Below the pieces are notes generated by a model. It was not told the origin of the DNA, did not search any database, and saw only the letters and a program-made list of their open reading frames with translations. Positions 60,728 through 64,000 of a stretch of 64,000 nucleotides of DNA are shown here, one piece after another; position 1 is the stretch's first letter; each line of letters starts with the position of its first letter. This DNA is from Myxococcota bacterium (GTDB lineage: Bacteria; Myxococcota_A; Polyangia; Nannocystales; Nannocystaceae), in NCBI GenBank assembly GCA_039028615.1, contig JBCCHT010000022.1, forward strand, positions 32,001 to 96,000, written 5' to 3'. The translations under genes and the position numbers were made by a program.

Positions 60728-61687
60728 TCAGAACGCGGGCTTGGTCCACAGCCAGGTGTCGGGGTACGTCCACAGGTCGTCGGTGGGCTCGCAGCGCGGG
60801 ATGTCGCGGTCGGGGCACACGACGTCCTCGTAGGCCCACTGCGACAGCCGCGGGACGTCGAGGCAGGCCACGCCGTTCTCCGTCCAGAGCGCTTCGGTGG
60901 ACACCTGCGCGCCACCAAAGCCATTGAGGCCGAAGGGATCGTCGACGAGCAGCGGGGTGCCGCTGGCCGTCCACGAGACCCCGTCGCCGCAGTAGTCGGC
61001 CCGCACGGCCCGGACCGCCGTTTGGTGGACCTCGGGGGAGAACTCCCACGGCGAGTACCCCCAGGTCACCGCCTTGCCCACCGCGCCCGAGGAACAGCCC
61101 ATGTACAGCGTATCGGGGCGGTGGGTCAGCGTTCCGTCGGGCTCGACGTGCAGGTCTTGGAACAGCACGGCGGCGTAGGAGCCCTGCTCGTCGGCCTCGC
61201 AGGTCGGCAGCGCGACCCCCTCGGTCAGGTAGCTCTCGTAGGTGAACTTGTAGCGGCTGCGCGGGCCGTCATCGACGAAGTCGGCCACGCGCAAGGTGGT
61301 GACCACCGGACCCCAGCCGAAACGATGATCGTGCAGCGTCCACACCGATCCGATGAAGTCGTAGCCGTGGTACTCGGCTCCGCTCACGCCCGTGCCGTGG
61401 AGCACGCCCTCGGCGGTGGACACGTCGACCAGAACGTCGGTCGGGTCGGCGCCGATGGCCACCTCGACGACGGTGACGCCGTCCCATTTCTTGCCGCTGA
61501 GGTCGAGCGACGGCAGCGGAGCGCCGTTCACCTCGTTGGTGTTGAGCACGGGCGGACCCCAGACGCAGCCGCGGCAACCGGCGCGAGGTGTGGTCTCGAG
61601 ATCTTCGATGGGGGATTCGGTTTGGGCGCATGCGCTCGCCAGGACGAGCAGGGGGGCCAGGGCGACAGCGGGACGGAGCAAATGCAT
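60728..61687 (-). CDS. ADYC-domain lipoprotein
   Basis: Lipobox LASAC; C..GAVGKA..WGY.PW; RAVRADYCGDG; EA.W...G..CL..PR. Confidence 0.85.
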   Translation of the reverse strand: MHLLRPAVALAPLLVLASACAQTESPIEDLETTPRAGCRGCVWGPPVLNTNEVNGAPLPSLDLSGKKWDGVTVVEVAIGADPTDVLVDVSTAEGVLHGTGVSGAEYHGYDFIGSVWTLHDHRFGWGPVVTTLRVADFVDDGPRSRYKFTYESYLTEGVALPTCEADEQGSYAAVLFQDLHVEPDGTLTHRPDTLYMGCSSGAVGKAVTWGYSPWEFSPEVHQTAVRAVRADYCGDGVSWTASGTPLLVDDPFGLNGFGGAQVSTEALWTENGVACLDVPRLSQWAYEDVVCPDRDIPRCEPTDDLWTYPDTWLWTKPAF

Positions 61688-61812
61688 GGCGATTCAGCTT
61701 TGCAAATTTGGTGCACAAGTCGATGTCAAAGGTTCCGCGGATCGACGATTCGATTGCGCGCCAACCCCGTTGGCAAGGGCTGATCGCGACGTCGTCATGC
61801 TAAGGCTGGTTC

Positions 61813-64000
61813 GTGAGCGATTCCCCCGAACCGGTCGAGGTCGCGACCGTCACGTCGGGTCGAGTGAGCGGTGACGCGGCCACGCAGACTCGGTACGGGA
61901 CACCCCGACGGTCGGCCGACCGACCCGTCTCCGACGCTCGCATCGCTCACTTCGTGATCCTCGACAAGCTCGGTCAGGGGGGCATGGGCATCGTGTACTC
62001 CGCGTACGACGAGCGGCTCGATCGCAAGGTCGCGATCAAGGTGATGCACCCCGACCGGCGCTCGCAGGCCGACCGCGGTCGCATGCTGCACGAGGCCCGG
62101 GCCATGGCTCGGCTCAGCCACCCGAACATCATCACCGTGCACGAGGTCGGCGAGCTGCCGAATCAAATCTTCATCGCGATGGAGTTCGTGCGCGGCGAAG
62201 ACCTGCAATCGTGGCTGACCGCGGAGCCTCGCCGCTGGCCCGCCGTGCTCGACAATTTTCGCCGGGCCGGTCGAGGCCTGGCCGCGGCCCACGAAGCGGG
62301 CTTGGTGCACCGCGACTTCAAGCCGCACAACGCGATGATCGGCGAGGATGGCTCGGTCAAGGTGCTCGACTTCGGGCTCGCCTGGCTCGAGGAGCTGACC
62401 ACCACCGATCCTCGAGACTCGGAGGACGCCGACCCTCGCGGCAGCGGCTACACCCACACGGGGGCCGTGGTGGGCACGCCCGCCTTCCTCGCGCCCGAGC
62501 TTTACGGCCAGGAGCCGGCCAGCCCCCGCAGCGACCAGTTTGCGTTCTGCGTGGGGCTGTACTTCGGCCTGTACGGGCAGTACCCGTTCGTCGGCGACAC
62601 CCTGCCCTCGTTGGCCCAGGCCATCATCGACGGCGAGCTGCGGCCCCCGCCCTCGGGCAGCGACGTGCCGCCCTGGGTCCGCCGCACCGTGCTGCGGGGG
62701 CTGTCAGCCGACCCGGCCGAGCGATTCGAGAGCATGGAGGAGCTGCTCGCCACGCTCGCCGAGGACCCGGGGCGACGACGGCGGCGACGGCTGCTCGCGA
62801 CGACGGCCATCGCCACCGTCTTCGGGGGTGGCTTCGCGGTAGCCCAGCTCGGCGGCGGCCCGCTCGATCGATGCCCGGACGGCACGGCGGAGATGGCCGA
62901 GGCCTGGAACGACATGCGCAAGGACTTGGTGCAGGGCAGCCTGCAATCGAGCGGCTCGCCGCATGCCGACGACACCTGGGCGCGCATCGAGCCCGCGCTC
63001 GATGCCTACGCCGACCGCTGGATCGAAGGCCGCCATGCCGCCTGCGAGGACCACCGCCGCGGGGCGCAATCCGACGCGCTCTACGATCGCCGGGTCGAGT
63101 GTCTCGAGCACGGCCGCACCGGGCTGCAGACCTTGGTCGAGGTGTTCGAGCATGCGGACCCGACGGTCGTCGACCGGGCCGTGACCGCGGTCGCGGGGCT
63201 GCCCCCGCTTCAGCGCTGCGACGATGCCACCGCGCTGCTCGCCGCCGTGCCGCCGCCCCCCGAGGCCGTGGCGACCGAAGTGGCCCGCGTGCGGGAGCAG
63301 CTGGCCCGGGCCAAGGCCCACGAGGACGCCGGCCGCTTCGAGCCTGCGCACGTGCTGGCCGACGAGGCGGTCACCACCGCAAAGACGCTGAACTACCCTC
63401 CCCTGCTCGCGGAAGCGCGACTCCAACGGGGCAGCACCGAGATGGCGGCCGGTCGTGGGCCCACCGCCGACGAAGACCTCGCCCAGGCCATCTGGACGGG
63501 CATCGAGATCGGCCACGACGAAGTCGCGGCGCGAGCCGCCAGCCTCCGAATCTACGCCCGGGCGGAGCTGCTCGGTCGTTCCCTCGAGGCCTCGGCCGAA
63601 GTCGACTGGGCGGGGGCCGTCGTCAACCGAGCCCACGACGAGGTCCTGCGCGGGCTCTACCTCAACAATGCGGGCGCCGTGTTCCTGCGCAACGGCGAGT
63701 TCGACCGCGCCATGGAGTCGTTTCGCGCCTCGCTGGAGCTTCGCCGCCGCGTGCTGCCGCCCACGCACCCCGATCTGGCGCTGTCGCTGGCCAACCTCGG
63801 ACGCGCGGAGATCGACCGCCTGCACCCGGCCGCCGCCGCCCGTGACCTGCGAGCCGCGGCCGAGGGCATCGAGGTCGCCCTCGGCCCGCGCCACCCCTAC
63901 CGCGCCATGGTGGCGACCATGCTGAGCTCGGCCCTCACCGAGCTGGGCCGCTGGGATGAAGCCCACGCCGAGCTCGACATCGCCGATGCCATCCACGCCG
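61813..64000 (+). CDS. Ser/Thr kinase with TM helix and TPR region (3' truncated; absent from the ORF track)
   Basis: Read directly in frame from GTG 61813: LGQGGMGIV, VAIK, HRDFKPHN, DFG, GTPAFLAPE, GAQSDALYDRRVECL, LPPTHPD. Confidence 0.92.
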   Translation, partial: MSDSPEPVEVATVTSGRVSGDAATQTRYGTPRRSADRPVSDARIAHFVILDKLGQGGMGIVYSAYDERLDRKVAIKVMHPDRRSQADRGRMLHEARAMARLSHPNIITVHEVGELPNQIFIAMEFVRGEDLQSWLTAEPRRWPAVLDNFRRAGRGLAAAHEAGLVHRDFKPHNAMIGEDGSVKVLDFGLAWLEELTTTDPRDSEDADPRGSGYTHTGAVVGTPAFLAPELYGQEPASPRSDQFAFCVGLYFGLYGQYPFVGDTLPSLAQAIIDGELRPPPSGSDVPPWVRRTVLRGLSADPAERFESMEELLATLAEDPGRRRRRRLLATTAIATVFGGGFAVAQLGGGPLDRCPDGTAEMAEAWNDMRKDLVQGSLQSSGSPHADDTWARIEPALDAYADRWIEGRHAACEDHRRGAQSDALYDRRVECLEHGRTGLQTLVEVFEHADPTVVDRAVTAVAGLPPLQRCDDATALLAAVPPPPEAVATEVARVREQLARAKAHEDAGRFEPAHVLADEAVTTAKTLNYPPLLAEARLQRGSTEMAAGRGPTADEDLAQAIWTGIEIGHDEVAARAASLRIYARAELLGRSLEASAEVDWAGAVVNRAHDEVLRGLYLNNAGAVFLRNGEFDRAMESFRASLELRRRVLPPTHPDLALSLANLGRAEIDRLHPAAAARDLRAAAEGIEVALGPRHPYRAMVATMLSSALTELGRWDEAHAELDIADAIHA

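Overview
High-GC, gene-dense window that looks myxobacterial (Nannocystaceae-like, inferred from gene content only: several Ser/Thr kinase-TPR genes, myxococcal Cys-rich repeats, VWA and ADYC lipoproteins). Housekeeping content is ccsA/hemX-hemA-hemC, lon, an M16 peptidase pair, a PAS/GAF histidine kinase with an HTH-REC-REC regulator, and tRNA-Glu(TTC) plus tRNA-Lys(TTT). Much of the rest encodes orphan lipoproteins. I found no integrase, transposase or CRISPR array. Best leads: (1) an ECF sigma factor whose DAED motif is replaced by Ser/Thr residues, head-to-head with a membrane Ser/Thr kinase carrying an RCC1-like sensor, a candidate phospho-activated ECF module; (2) a divergent carotenoid-oxygenase/thioesterase/methyltransferase versus SCP2-thiolase/KAS III cluster; (3) three copies of the palindrome TGTCCCATGGGACA in one intergenic gap; (4) two lipoproteins sharing a duplicated N-terminal module, one with a CxxCH heme site; (5) a three-gene beta-strand-protein/Ig-lipoprotein operon; (6) a truncated nucleotidyltransferase-like gene pair abutting lon. 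All family assignments come from recognising motifs by eye, not from database searches.
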